A stretch of DNA of 64,000 nt, from the NCBI GenBank assembly GCA_964424695.1, contig CAYRKE010000009.1, positions 17,543 through 81,542 of the forward strand, in the 5' to 3' direction. Source of the stretch: an uncultured Polyangiaceae bacterium (GTDB lineage: Bacteria; Myxococcota_A; Polyangia; Polyangiales; Polyangiaceae). Positions 28,461 through 38,447 of the stretch are shown here, in pieces (position 1 is the first letter of the stretch; each line of letters begins with the position of its first letter). The notes below the pieces were generated by a model. It worked only from the letters and a program-made list of their open reading frames with translations, did no database searches and was not told the origin of the DNA. A program made the position numbers and the translations under genes.

Positions 28461-31400
28461 CTAGTCGCTACCACCACGCGGGCCGTGTTGCACTGAGGCA
28501 TTGGGCTCTCCCTCCCCAGCCTTCTCGGCTCCGAGGATGCGACGTACTACCGGGCGGGCGTAGAAGCTCTCACGCAGCGCCGGGTCGCGGATCTGCTCTG
28601 CGAGGCCTCTAGCGTAGTCTGCCGTGGGGCCATGGAGCTTCTCTGCCTGAGGAGAACAGGCACGTTTGAGGGCTTCGCTGCAGAGTGCCCGAGTGGCAAG
28701 CCCGTACTCCGAGCCTTGCACGGCTTCGATCGCGCCGAGCGCCGTGGTCGCAAGGAGGATCCCGGTATGGTTCTCTTTGGCGTCGACCCGAGAAATGGCC
28801 TCGACCGCCATCGAATAGAAGTGAAACGCTACGTAGGCTTGCGCCTCAGCCATCTGCCTTGCGTCGAAAGCGTGGACGATGGCCTCAGAGGTCGAACCGG
28901 CTTCGCGGGCCAGTAAGCCTCGAAGGATCTTCTCGTGGATTTGGTCGTAGGCGTTGCCGCTGACCTCCGTGAGCTCTCCCGCCGTCTTCACGAGTTGCTC
29001 CGCTTCCGCGGTTTGGCCGATCTCGAGGTGGAACTCCGCCGTACAGAGCAGCGTGTCTGCGTGCGCTTCTTGATCACCATAGCGCTCGTGAGCCTCGCGA
29101 GCTTGCCGCAGGTAGTTGAGCCCCCGCTCGAAGTCTCCGAGACTCGCGTAGCTTTGTCCGATGTTGCTCAGCGCGCGCGCGATCTGAAATCGCCCCCCGA
29201 TGGATACGTCGATCCGAATCGCATCCAGACCGAGCGCGATTGCGTCCTCGAATCGGCCGAGGACGTACATCGCGAACGCCAACGAGTTCTTGGCACGCGC
29301 CTCCAGGCGGCGCGCTCCGACCTTCCGGAACACGGCGATCGCTTCTGCGTGGGCGTCAATTGCTTCGTGGACGCGGCCCACGCGACGGAGCAGCGTGCCG
29401 CGAGCTCGCAGGACCTCGGCCCTCTGACGCGGTGGCACGTCCGGATGGTGGGCGGTCTCGAGTGCTCTGTCGATGGCCGCCAGGGCTCCCTGCATGTCGC
29501 CCAAGTCGCGCAGCATCTCCGCGATGAGTGACTGGGACTGGACTTCGACCACGCGAGCGTGGGCTTGATGCGCGACGGTTTCGGCTTGCTGGGCCGAGAC
29601 GAGGCCGCGCGATAGGTGCCCACCGTCGAGCTCGAGCCGTGCAGTCCGCTGGAGAGCTGTGGCGATGCGCGCTGGGTTCCTGCTCTTGCGCGCGAGCCGA
29701 CGAAGCGCTGTGAGGTGCTGTCGTCTTTCCTGCGTGCGCCCCTGGACACTGGCGAGCTGTTCCAGCGACTCGAGCGCGTCGAGTCGACGTTCGTCCCCAT
29801 CTGGGAGGAGTGCGAGTGCCCTGTTGAAGTACCGCGTGGCCAAACGGAGTTGGTAGCTACTGCGTGCCGCGTACCCGGCGACGAGATAGAATGAGGCGGC
29901 CTCGAGTCGGCGGTTCCCACTCGCAAGGTGGCGCGCCACGAGCGCGGCGGTTATTCCCTCGGCCAGTGGGGTTTCGGCGAGATGCTCGCCGAGCTTGCGA
30001 TGCATCTTGATCCGTGTGTTAGCCGAGATCGACATGTACGCAACGTCACGAGTGAGGGGGAGCCGAACGTCGACTGCCGTTCCTTTCATCTCGCAAAGGC
30101 CGCGAGCACACAGTCGGGCCACCGTGTCGGTACTGTCTCGAGCGAGCAACGCGTCGAGGGTCGCCTGTTGCAGTGTGCTGCCGCTGAGCGCCAACCACAA
30201 GACCACTTCCTCCTCGTCGGGAGGGAGCTCGTTGAGCCGATCAGCGATGAGCTGCTCGAGCGTCGATGGCAGGGACTCTGCTGCCGCATTCGTGCCCTCC
30301 GAACGGATGAGCTCAAGGGTGCCTTCTGGACCGTCGCGGAGTTCAAGCGAGCCGCGTTCGATAAGAGCCTCCACCATCTCCAGCGCGAAGAACGGGTTGC
30401 CACCGACCCGCGGCAAGAGATCTCGACAGACCTGTTCCACGCCACGACTGGCGCCCAGTCGCGTCTGTAGCAGACGAATCTGGTCTTCGGAGCCGAGACC
30501 CTTCAATTCGAGTCGCACGATACCCTCGAGCAACGGAGCCAGTTTGGCGTCAGGACGTGACACGAGGACCAGGAGAACGCGAAGCGACTCGGAGGCCGTG
30601 ATCAGCTCCCGCGTGAGCTCGAGCGTGGGGCGGTCACACCACTGCAGGCCCTCCACCACCACAACCAGAGGATGCTCCCTGGTCGCGAATGCGAGCGCGG
30701 CACGCATTCCAGTTTTGAGGTGGTGGCGATTCCACGAAGCCTCTGCTTCGTCGGCTGCCTCGGCGACGATGCCCGTTGCCATTTCGGCGAGGCACTGGCT
30801 GAGGGCATCGTGCTCGTCGAGCTCGGTGAGGCTCGGCAGCTGCTCGGTGATTTTCCGCCTTACGGCGTCGAGCGGGTCGTTGGGGGCAATGCCGAGCATC
30901 TCGCGAAACCAGTCCGCCAGTGCCGCGTAGGGGATCTCACTCCGTGCTGGCGCACACTCCACGCGGACGACCGTGGTTTCCCCGGTGAGCTCGGACAGAA
31001 ACGTGCTGACCAGCGCCGTCTTTCCGATTCCCATCTCGCCGTACACAACACGAGTCGCGAACTGCCCTGAGCCGGGATCCTCACTCGTCCCTGCGACCTT
31101 GTGAAACGCCGCCTGAAGATCCGCGAGCTCGGCGTCGCGTCCGACCAAGTCACTGGACGCCTTGGCCATGGCAACCTGCTTCTCTTCCCGGGTCAGGGGC
31201 CGCAGCAGGGAGTGTACTCTCATGTTCCGTGGCAGGTTTCGGTCTCCTGCACTTTCGAGCTCGAGCGTTGGGGCGTCACCCCAGATGAATTCCCGCCTGA
31301 CCAATCGATAGAGGCCGCCAGCGACCCAGGTCCCTGCCGCCGGGGCTTGCGAGGCCAACATGTCTGCCAACGTCATTGCCGGTTCCTGCACTGCGTGCTG

Positions 31401-32879
31401 GACGAGGTGCCCGACCTCGTCCCTGGTTCCGGTGGCCACTGCGCGGACGAGCCCGAGGCTCGCGTGGAGTTCCACAGGCATGTCCTCGCTGGCACCCTGT
31501 ATGGCTTCGTGGACATCCACGGCGAGCCATGCCGCGTCGGATGCGGCGCGCGCGGGATCCGCGAGCAGCCCCAAGACAGCTCGGGCCGTGCCGCTCAGCC
31601 GTTGCCGGAACCCGTAACGGTGAAGATCCCACGAGAGCCGAGCGCCACGCTTGAATGCGATCTCGTCCAGAGTCCCCCGAAGCTGGTCGACGAAATGGAA
31701 AGCATTCTCGGCGCCCGCCGCTTCCTGGAGCTGTTCGAACCCGTGAATACGAATCGTAACGACCGCAACGTGTCGCACCTCGCGTCCCGAACGGTTCTTT
31801 CGGGGATGCCCCACCCTTCGCGCGCTCGCTTCGGAGCCAGGGCGATCTCGTGCACTGGAACTCGCGTCTCGATCGTCACCGAAGCGCTTGCTGCCGACGT
31901 GTTCGCTGCCCACGTCGGGTTGCTGCACGCCGGGGGAGGTATGCTCACGACTGACGAGATCGCTGATGACGCCCTCGAGTACGTGGGAGTCGACCAACTG
32001 CTGCTTGCGAAACAGAACCTTGGTGATGGCTCCAGCCAGCTCGCGTGCTGACGTGAAGCGTTCACTGGGAGCTTTCGCCAACGCCTGCATGACGATCGCC
32101 TCGAGTTCAGCCGGCACCTCTCGAGCGAACATGCTCGGCGGCTCCACGTTTCCGGCGCGCACGATCTCGAGGAGTTCATTGCCCTCAGCGGCGCCGTGGA
32201 GTGGTTTCCCCGTCAGCAGCTCGTGAAACACTACCCCGAGCGAGTAGATGTCCGTTCTTCGGTCGACCCGCTCGCCACGGGCCTGCTCTGGGGACATGTA
32301 CGCCGTCTTTCCCTTGAGCACGCCGGGTTCCTCTCGGAACATGTTGGCAGAGGCGATGCCGAAGTCGGCGATCTTGACCGACCCCTCGAAGCTCAGCAGG
32401 ATGTTCTGGGGAGACACGTCCCGATGCACGATCTCCATCGGTCCACCTGCCTCGTCGCGGCGCTCATGCGCATAGTGGAGGCCCTTGGCGACCTCTCCGA
32501 CGATGTACGCGGAGACGTACGGTGGGATGCGGGAGCGCTTGGCGCGAGCGGCACGCATCAACTTGCGCAAGTCGGGCCCCTCGACGTACTCCATGCTGAG
32601 GAGCTGCCCCTCGTCACCGTAGTCCTGAAACTCATAGACCTGGACGATGTTGGGATGGTTGAGGCGGGTCGCTAGCTGGGCCTCCTCCGCGAACATCGTA
32701 CGGAAGCGGCGCGAGGAGCCGTGCTGCGGCAGCACTCGCTTGACGACCAAGAGCTTGAAGGTTCCTTCGGCTCCGCGCTTCTTCGCAAGGAACACCTCCG
32801 CCATTCCGCCAACGCCCAGCCGCCGAATGATCTCGAAGTCAGCGAGGCGGTCAGGGGAGGGCTTGTCCTGGCTGTTCAC
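28461..32879 (-). CDS. multidomain Ser/Thr protein kinase: kinase, cyclase-homology-like region, P-loop STAND/AAA ATPase, TPR repeats
   Basis: 1472 aa. Kinase motifs GVGGMAEVF, HRDVSPQNIL, DFGIA and YMSPEQ. P-loop VYGEMGIGKTAL. Long helical-repeat C-terminus. Confidence 0.9.
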   Translation of the reverse strand: MNSQDKPSPDRLADFEIIRRLGVGGMAEVFLAKKRGAEGTFKLLVVKRVLPQHGSSRRFRTMFAEEAQLATRLNHPNIVQVYEFQDYGDEGQLLSMEYVEGPDLRKLMRAARAKRSRIPPYVSAYIVGEVAKGLHYAHERRDEAGGPMEIVHRDVSPQNILLSFEGSVKIADFGIASANMFREEPGVLKGKTAYMSPEQARGERVDRRTDIYSLGVVFHELLTGKPLHGAAEGNELLEIVRAGNVEPPSMFAREVPAELEAIVMQALAKAPSERFTSARELAGAITKVLFRKQQLVDSHVLEGVISDLVSREHTSPGVQQPDVGSEHVGSKRFGDDRDASSSARDRPGSEASARRVGHPRKNRSGREVRHVAVVTIRIHGFEQLQEAAGAENAFHFVDQLRGTLDEIAFKRGARLSWDLHRYGFRQRLSGTARAVLGLLADPARAASDAAWLAVDVHEAIQGASEDMPVELHASLGLVRAVATGTRDEVGHLVQHAVQEPAMTLADMLASQAPAAGTWVAGGLYRLVRREFIWGDAPTLELESAGDRNLPRNMRVHSLLRPLTREEKQVAMAKASSDLVGRDAELADLQAAFHKVAGTSEDPGSGQFATRVVYGEMGIGKTALVSTFLSELTGETTVVRVECAPARSEIPYAALADWFREMLGIAPNDPLDAVRRKITEQLPSLTELDEHDALSQCLAEMATGIVAEAADEAEASWNRHHLKTGMRAALAFATREHPLVVVVEGLQWCDRPTLELTRELITASESLRVLLVLVSRPDAKLAPLLEGIVRLELKGLGSEDQIRLLQTRLGASRGVEQVCRDLLPRVGGNPFFALEMVEALIERGSLELRDGPEGTLELIRSEGTNAAAESLPSTLEQLIADRLNELPPDEEEVVLWLALSGSTLQQATLDALLARDSTDTVARLCARGLCEMKGTAVDVRLPLTRDVAYMSISANTRIKMHRKLGEHLAETPLAEGITAALVARHLASGNRRLEAASFYLVAGYAARSSYQLRLATRYFNRALALLPDGDERRLDALESLEQLASVQGRTQERRQHLTALRRLARKSRNPARIATALQRTARLELDGGHLSRGLVSAQQAETVAHQAHARVVEVQSQSLIAEMLRDLGDMQGALAAIDRALETAHHPDVPPRQRAEVLRARGTLLRRVGRVHEAIDAHAEAIAVFRKVGARRLEARAKNSLAFAMYVLGRFEDAIALGLDAIRIDVSIGGRFQIARALSNIGQSYASLGDFERGLNYLRQAREAHERYGDQEAHADTLLCTAEFHLEIGQTAEAEQLVKTAGELTEVSGNAYDQIHEKILRGLLAREAGSTSEAIVHAFDARQMAEAQAYVAFHFYSMAVEAISRVDAKENHTGILLATTALGAIEAVQGSEYGLATRALCSEALKRACSPQAEKLHGPTADYARGLAEQIRDPALRESFYARPVVRRILGAEKAGEGEPNASVQHGPRGGSD

Positions 32880-33254
32880 GGTGCCCCGCTAGGGTACAGC
32901 CGATGCCATCCGAGCGAAACCCGGCGGGCTGCCATCTCGAGTTGGGTGGACTCGTTGTCTCCGCGGCGGGCACTCGAAGTCACTCTCCCGAGTGCACGCG
33001 GCAGCCACGCTTCGCGGCGTACCTCGCAGGATTCGATGTCCAGTGCCCCACGGTTGGCCCCGGGGCGGGGCGAGACCTGCCGAACGAAGTGTTCAGTGGC
33101 CCTGAGGCCGGTGGACGGAATGAAGGCGTTGCGCCTCGAGCGGCGTCCGAACGCCGGTTCGCACGAGGGTTTCCACGGCACCAGAACACCCTTCCCCGGG
33201 GACCCGCACATCGGGTTGGCGTCTGCCGATCTGCCACGTGTACACTGTGCGGCG

Positions 33255-35474
33255 ATGCTCCGAACGGTTGGTCTCTGTACGCTTGTGGCGCTTTTTTTTA
33301 GCGCTTGTGCGCCTACGGTTCCGGCGAACGACCCCCAATCCCAGGTGGCCGCCTCCTCCCTGCCTCTCACTCCCGTAGCTGTCGACGACCAAACCTACGC
33401 CGAGAGCGCCTACCGAGTGTTGTTGGCCCAGCAGGGCACGGTCGAGGAGCGCATGAATCTCCTCGCGGGAGTTGTCCGGTACCAACTCGACCGAGCGAAG
33501 GGCTACTTCGACGCGGGGCACGAACAGGCGGGGCTGCGCACGTTCCAGGGCGCGGTTCTCCTGTTGCGGGCCGGTGAACACCAGACGAAGATCTTCGAGG
33601 GGAGAAACGCTGTATTGGTTGACGCTGTCGAGGCACTTGCCCGGATGGGGAACGAAGGCCAGTCTGGAGCGATCTACAATTGGCTGTTGGACTTGGCCAA
33701 GTCCGAGTCTGAGCGCGATGACGCGATCTCCCACCTGGATGCATTGGAGGCCTGGCGGAAGACGTCTGCCAAATCAGGGCCGCTCCAGGCTGCGGGAACC
33801 CTCGAGCGAGAAAGCGTTCAGCGCGCCCTGGTGGACTCGAGTGAGGAATCCCTCGTGGCGGCGAGAGACGCCATCGTGGACTGGATGCATCGCGCGCTCG
33901 AAGCAGATCTCGGTAGGACGCCGATTCGCAGTCCCGAGGAACGCGACGAGGCCATGGAAGCCTATCGGGCCATCAAGGGTGGCGGAGCGACGCTTCTTGG
34001 CTTGATGCTCCGGCATGGGCGACTCCGGCTCGCGCTCGATACCATCGAACAGGAGGAGCTGAACGGCGTCATCTCCACTGCGCTGATCCGCCGTGTCGAG
34101 TTGGCGGTGAAGGAGGATGATGCTGCCTCGTGGAGGGAGCTGTTTGGCCTCTACGATTCGATTCGACGGGCCGAAGATGTCGAGATGGCGGTGGATCTCG
34201 GGGTGGCGCGCGGAGCGGCTTGGGGGGCCGCGCTCGAGCTCCATCGCAGCGCACCGCAGAGCGTGGAGGCGGCGAAGCCTCTGGCCCAGGAGCTCGCCCA
34301 CTACGGGCTTGCCGAGGTCGCGGCGCGCATGTTGAGGGGGGTTTACGGAAACACGCCGTCGGCTGCGGATCTGTCGTTTGCACTTGGCCTGTTCATGCAG
34401 ACCATTGTCCTCGAAGAGCAGGTGGGGCAGCTCTCGGTATCGCGACGGGTGTACGAGGAGGCTAGACCGCTGCTCGAGCTCGCGGCGACGAAACGCTACG
34501 CTTCTCGCGTGCAGCCCAGCCCTGCTCGGTTCGAGTACGTGATGGGGGCTCTGGAGCTGCGGGCGGCCAACCTCGCTCGCGCTGAGGAGCTGCTTCGTGG
34601 CGCCGCCCTGAGGGAATCCAGCACGGCGACGCTCGAGTCCCTCGCCGCCATCTACCGGCAACGAGGCAGGGCGGCCGATGCCACGGGCGCACTCGAGCGA
34701 GCCTTCGAGCGTGCGCATCGCGAGGGCGCGCGAGAAACGGAGGTCCGCGTCCTCCTGGCGCTCGCCGAGATCCAATGGGAACACGCTCCTCGTGCCGTGG
34801 CCGGGACTCTGGGGCGCGCGCTCAGCACCGCGCTCGAGGCGCGGAATGCGGCTCGTTCCAACCCCGAGCAAGCGGTCGCCGAGCGAGCCCTCGCTCAGGT
34901 TCTGGACCGCTTCGGGCGCCGCGATGAGGCGCGGCGAGCCATGTCGCGGGCGTGTGAGCTGTCCCGTTCCGAGAACCATCAGCTCGCGGTGACTCTCCTC
35001 GACGCGGCGCGTCGCGCGCTCACCTATCAGGACCTGGCTGCCGCCCGTGATGCCGCCCATGAAGCCATTGACGGTGAACTTGGCGACGACGACATGGTCT
35101 ACGTGGCGGTATGGCTCCGGGTTCTGGAGCTTCAACTCGGGGTGGCAAGTGATGGCACCGTCGAGCGAGCTCTCGGCCGGATCGATGACAGTTCGCGTTG
35201 GCCGGCGGCATTGCGGGACTGGGCCTTCGATAGGATCGATAGTACTGAGCTCACCGCTCGTGCTGTCGACGCGGTCGAAAGGACTGAAGCTCTGTTCTAC
35301 GTGACGATGAAGACGTGGACAGGACGGAGAGAGCGTATTCCCGATGCCCTGCGGGACGTCGCGAAGAGCGAAGCCGTGGAGCTCATGGAGGTCGCGATCG
35401 CACGGGATCTGGTGGCGGAGAGAGACCTTCCGCCGCTGGCGCTCGAGCTGCCCGAGGGAGCCGAGCTGCCGTAG
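33255..35474 (+). CDS. all-alpha (TPR-like) lipoprotein, unknown function
   Basis: ORF 32721..35474. The ATG at 33255 gives MLRTVGLCTLVALFFSAC (lipobox FSAC). 739 aa, rich in Ala/Leu/Glu/Arg. Confidence 0.7.
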   Translation: MLRTVGLCTLVALFFSACAPTVPANDPQSQVAASSLPLTPVAVDDQTYAESAYRVLLAQQGTVEERMNLLAGVVRYQLDRAKGYFDAGHEQAGLRTFQGAVLLLRAGEHQTKIFEGRNAVLVDAVEALARMGNEGQSGAIYNWLLDLAKSESERDDAISHLDALEAWRKTSAKSGPLQAAGTLERESVQRALVDSSEESLVAARDAIVDWMHRALEADLGRTPIRSPEERDEAMEAYRAIKGGGATLLGLMLRHGRLRLALDTIEQEELNGVISTALIRRVELAVKEDDAASWRELFGLYDSIRRAEDVEMAVDLGVARGAAWGAALELHRSAPQSVEAAKPLAQELAHYGLAEVAARMLRGVYGNTPSAADLSFALGLFMQTIVLEEQVGQLSVSRRVYEEARPLLELAATKRYASRVQPSPARFEYVMGALELRAANLARAEELLRGAALRESSTATLESLAAIYRQRGRAADATGALERAFERAHREGARETEVRVLLALAEIQWEHAPRAVAGTLGRALSTALEARNAARSNPEQAVAERALAQVLDRFGRRDEARRAMSRACELSRSENHQLAVTLLDAARRALTYQDLAAARDAAHEAIDGELGDDDMVYVAVWLRVLELQLGVASDGTVERALGRIDDSSRWPAALRDWAFDRIDSTELTARAVDAVERTEALFYVTMKTWTGRRERIPDALRDVAKSEAVELMEVAIARDLVAERDLPPLALELPEGAELP

Positions 35475-35567
35475 CTGCATCACGGCTCTCTTCTCGCCAA
35501 CGTTTGCTGTCCCAGGTGTTCCCGGCTTGGGGTGCCTTGCGCAGTACTTGCAGCGAGCAGCGGAGCG

Positions 35568-35798
35568 TCATGTGTGGGCGCCAGCTTTTTCGTGCGGCTG
35601 CGTGAGGATGGACGACCTGACGCACCCTGCAGGGAGACGAGGGGTTTCAATGCGGTGACGCAGCAAGGGGATGATGTAGGTGATACATAGCTCGCGGGCG
35701 TAGCCCGGGCGGATTGCCAGGACGTTGACAGTCGCGACTGGCCAGTGTCTGATGCTGCCCTCATGGGTTCTCTCATTCAGGTGGTCCCGGTGAGACAT
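35568..35798 (-). CDS. possible small protein (76 aa)
   Basis: The ATG at 35798 is preceded by AGGAG 7 nt upstream. MSHRDHLNERTHEGSIRHWPVATVNVLAIRPGYARELCITYIIPLL.... It lies in a locally lower-GC patch. Confidence 0.3.
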   Translation of the reverse strand: MSHRDHLNERTHEGSIRHWPVATVNVLAIRPGYARELCITYIIPLLRHRIETPRLPAGCVRSSILTQPHEKAGAHT

Positions 35799-35902
35799 GT
35801 CCGGACTCCTGGGAAGGTCAGGCGGTTGGGTCACGTAGACCCCGCGCCGATTGGGTACCCTCTCCCCAGGGACCCGGAATTCCAATAAGGAAAGGGCAAA
35901 TC

Positions 35903-36466
35903 ATGCGTCGTTTTGCGTTTGCAGCTCTTACTCTTGCAGGCCTGTCACTCTCCGGGTCAGCTCTTGCCGAGGTTCCATTCACGACGAACGCAGGGCAGGT
36001 TGGCGGCCAGCTCATGTACGGCCTCGATACGGAGGACGGAGATCTCAATTCCTACGGGATCGGTATCGCTCCCAAGGGTGGGTACACCCTCGACATGGGG
36101 CTCTTCATCGGCGGTCGCCTGGACTACTTCTTTGGTGGCTCCGAAGATGTCCCAGGCGGAGAGGTGTCGGCGAACGTCTATCAACTTCTCGCCGAGGTTG
36201 GGTATGATATTGGCCTCAGTCCCGATCTCGTGGTTCGGCCCAAGTTGGGGGTGGGTTTCGGAACGGTGGGGGCTGAGCTTTGCATGTCTGGCGGTAGTTG
36301 CACGGATCAGGATGCCAAGACCGGCCTGGCGCTGAACCCCGGCGCGGGCATCCTCTATTCCTTCGGTTCCGTGTTCCTGGACGCTGATCTCCGATACAAC
36401 ATGCTGCTGAAGGACGACACCCAGAACGGCATCATCCTGGGGGTTGGAGCGGGCGTAACGCTCTAG
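35903..36466 (+). CDS. small outer-membrane beta-barrel protein (OmpW/OmpA-barrel-like)
   Basis: 187 aa. RBS AAGGAAAGG, signal peptide MRRFAFAALTLAGLSLSGSALA, and alternating Gly/aromatic beta-strands. Confidence 0.75.
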   Translation: MRRFAFAALTLAGLSLSGSALAEVPFTTNAGQVGGQLMYGLDTEDGDLNSYGIGIAPKGGYTLDMGLFIGGRLDYFFGGSEDVPGGEVSANVYQLLAEVGYDIGLSPDLVVRPKLGVGFGTVGAELCMSGGSCTDQDAKTGLALNPGAGILYSFGSVFLDADLRYNMLLKDDTQNGIILGVGAGVTL

Positions 36467-36792
36467 AGTGACAAACCGTTGTCTTCGGTGAGTCGCACCG
36501 TCGCGATCGACGAATAGCCAGCGCACCGACCAGTGACACAGAGTTCGGCGCTTCCTGAGCGGAGTCGCCCCGTACCCCCAATCGGGGCGGGTCCGCGGGG
36601 GCGCGGAGCTGGCGAACTGGCAGGCGCTCCGGCGCGATGTGGTGAACGGGTCGGTGCTCCGGGTCCACCCCGATTCCGGGGGGGCGTCACGGCCGGACGC
36701 CCCTCGTCGTCGCTCGGCATGTTCCCTGTTCGGGATCCCGGGGAGGTGAAGACCGGCGGTAGCGCCTCCGGCGGTGCGGGGAGCCGGAGAGC

Positions 36793-37197
36793 CTAGAGGT
36801 GTGGTTTCCGCCCGAGCAAACGCTCCGCCAGTTGCGGGCCGAGCTGGCTAGTCAGGAGACGTTCCACGGTCGCCTCTTTCGACACGCGCTCGTCGTCGGA
36901 AGAGTACTGGAACTCGATGCCCATCCCCGCAGGGTTGGCAGGGCTCTCGTCCTGCGCACGGGTGGTCCAGATGACCTTGCCCGTCAGCCGGAGGGGCTCA
37001 GCAAGGCCCGGAATAGTCAGCGCAAACACGAACTCGGTTCCCTCCGCGAGGGGACGGCGGGTTGCGATGAACGTGCCGCCACGCGAGATGTTGCGCGTGT
37101 AGTCTGCGAAGAAGGTGTTGAGCCGCTTGTATTCGACCTTCAGCTCGATGGGGGCGCGGCCCTGGATGCGTCGCTCGTCCTGGCCACCAGTAGACAT
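36793..37197 (-). CDS. PilZ-domain protein (c-di-GMP receptor type)
   Basis: 134 aa. RRIQGR (RxxxR) and DYTRNISRGG (D/NxSxxG) are both present. Confidence 0.8.
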   Translation of the reverse strand: MSTGGQDERRIQGRAPIELKVEYKRLNTFFADYTRNISRGGTFIATRRPLAEGTEFVFALTIPGLAEPLRLTGKVIWTTRAQDESPANPAGMGIEFQYSSDDERVSKEATVERLLTSQLGPQLAERLLGRKPHL

Positions 37198-37332
37198 CGT
37201 GTCTCGAGTTCAACACAACCGACGGAAAACCGCCACGCCGACGATGACATGTCCAACGGGCCGGCGACAAAGAGCCTGCGTGGGGTGCAAGAGACGTGGG
37301 CCTCCGGCCATCGGGCATGCTAGCACCCCGCT

Positions 37333-38427
37333 GTGCGCGATCCCTATGAGGTCCTGGGCCTGGACCGCGGAGCTGACGAGTCAGAGCTGAAAGCTGCGTT
37401 TCGTCGCGCCGCGGCCAAGCACCACCCTGACAGAAATCCCGGCGATGCGGACGCACAGCGCCGCTTCACTGAGGTGAACGGTGCCTACCAGATCCTGAGC
37501 GATCCGGAAAAGCGGGCCGCCTACGATCGCTACGGCAGCCGTGCTTTCGAGCCAGGCGGCGGCGCGGAGTACACCGCGGCGGCACCGGATCTGGCGGATC
37601 TAGACGGCATTCTCGGGGATCTGTTGGGCGCGTTCGGGTTCCGCACGGCGCGGAGCCCAGCCGTGCTTCAGGTCACCATGCCCCTGACCTTCGAGGAAGC
37701 GGCACTCGGTTGCGCCAAGGTGTTGCGATACGAAGCCCAGGGGTTGTGTGCCGACTGCTCCGGGCGGGGGGCGAAATCGGGGACCTCCTTCAAGACGTGC
37801 CCGCAATGTCAGGGCACCGGGCGCCTGCGGCTGGCGCAAGGGGCCTTCATCGTCGGTTTCGAGCGGCACTGTCCGGCATGCGCGGGCCGAGGTCGAGTGC
37901 CGACGCTTCCCTGCAGACGCTGCGCAGGCGGAGGGCTCTCTCAGGAGTCGAGATCCGTGGACATCGAGGTTCCGGCTGGAATCATGACCGGATCGGCCCA
38001 GACGATCCGAGGTGCTGGACACCGGTCGAGTCCAGACAGCCCGCCCGGCGATCTCGAGGTCGTAGTGGACGTTGCATCGCACTCCACACTGCAGCGCTCG
38101 GGCGACGACATTAAGAGCATGTTGGAGGTTCCGTTCACGGTGGCCGCCCTGGGAGGCCAGCTCGACGTCGAGACCCTGCGTGGCATCCGGTCAGTCAAGG
38201 TTCCGCCCGGAACTCAACCCGGTGATGTGCTGCGGATTCGTGATGAGGGGGTCGCCAAGCGGAGGGGCGGGCTGGGCGACCACCTGGCAGTGGTCGATGT
38301 GCAGATCCCGCGCCGTCTTTCGCGGCGTGCGCGTGACCTAGTGGCGGAGTTCGCGCGCGAGATGGAGGACCAGGAACGAGGGCGTAGCGAAGGATTCTGG
38401 AGCAGGATTCGCAACTGGTTCGCGTGA
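37333..38427 (+). CDS. dnaJ: DnaJ-type co-chaperone (J domain plus four CxxCxGxG zinc-finger repeats)
   Basis: DPYEVLGL...HHPDRNPGD, then CADCSGRG, CPQCQGTG, CPACAGRG and CRRCAGGG. GTG start. Confidence 0.88.
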   Translation: MRDPYEVLGLDRGADESELKAAFRRAAAKHHPDRNPGDADAQRRFTEVNGAYQILSDPEKRAAYDRYGSRAFEPGGGAEYTAAAPDLADLDGILGDLLGAFGFRTARSPAVLQVTMPLTFEEAALGCAKVLRYEAQGLCADCSGRGAKSGTSFKTCPQCQGTGRLRLAQGAFIVGFERHCPACAGRGRVPTLPCRRCAGGGLSQESRSVDIEVPAGIMTGSAQTIRGAGHRSSPDSPPGDLEVVVDVASHSTLQRSGDDIKSMLEVPFTVAALGGQLDVETLRGIRSVKVPPGTQPGDVLRIRDEGVAKRRGGLGDHLAVVDVQIPRRLSRRARDLVAEFAREMEDQERGRSEGFWSRIRNWFA

Positions 38428-38447
38428 GAGGGAGAAGGAACAGAGCC

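Noticed and set aside
33774-35483. Very long antisense or overlapping ORFs: 33774..35483 (569 aa), 48011..49813 (600 aa), 53185..54345 (386 aa), 648..1949 (433 aa), 16803..18074 (423 aa), 58111..59103 (330 aa), 61374..62399 (341 aa), 26814..27671 (285 aa).
   Set aside because: Each lies opposite, or out of frame with, a gene that has clear family motifs. Their translations are Arg/Ser/Pro/Gly-rich in the way typical of wrong-frame reading in high-GC DNA. They are treated as shadow ORFs.
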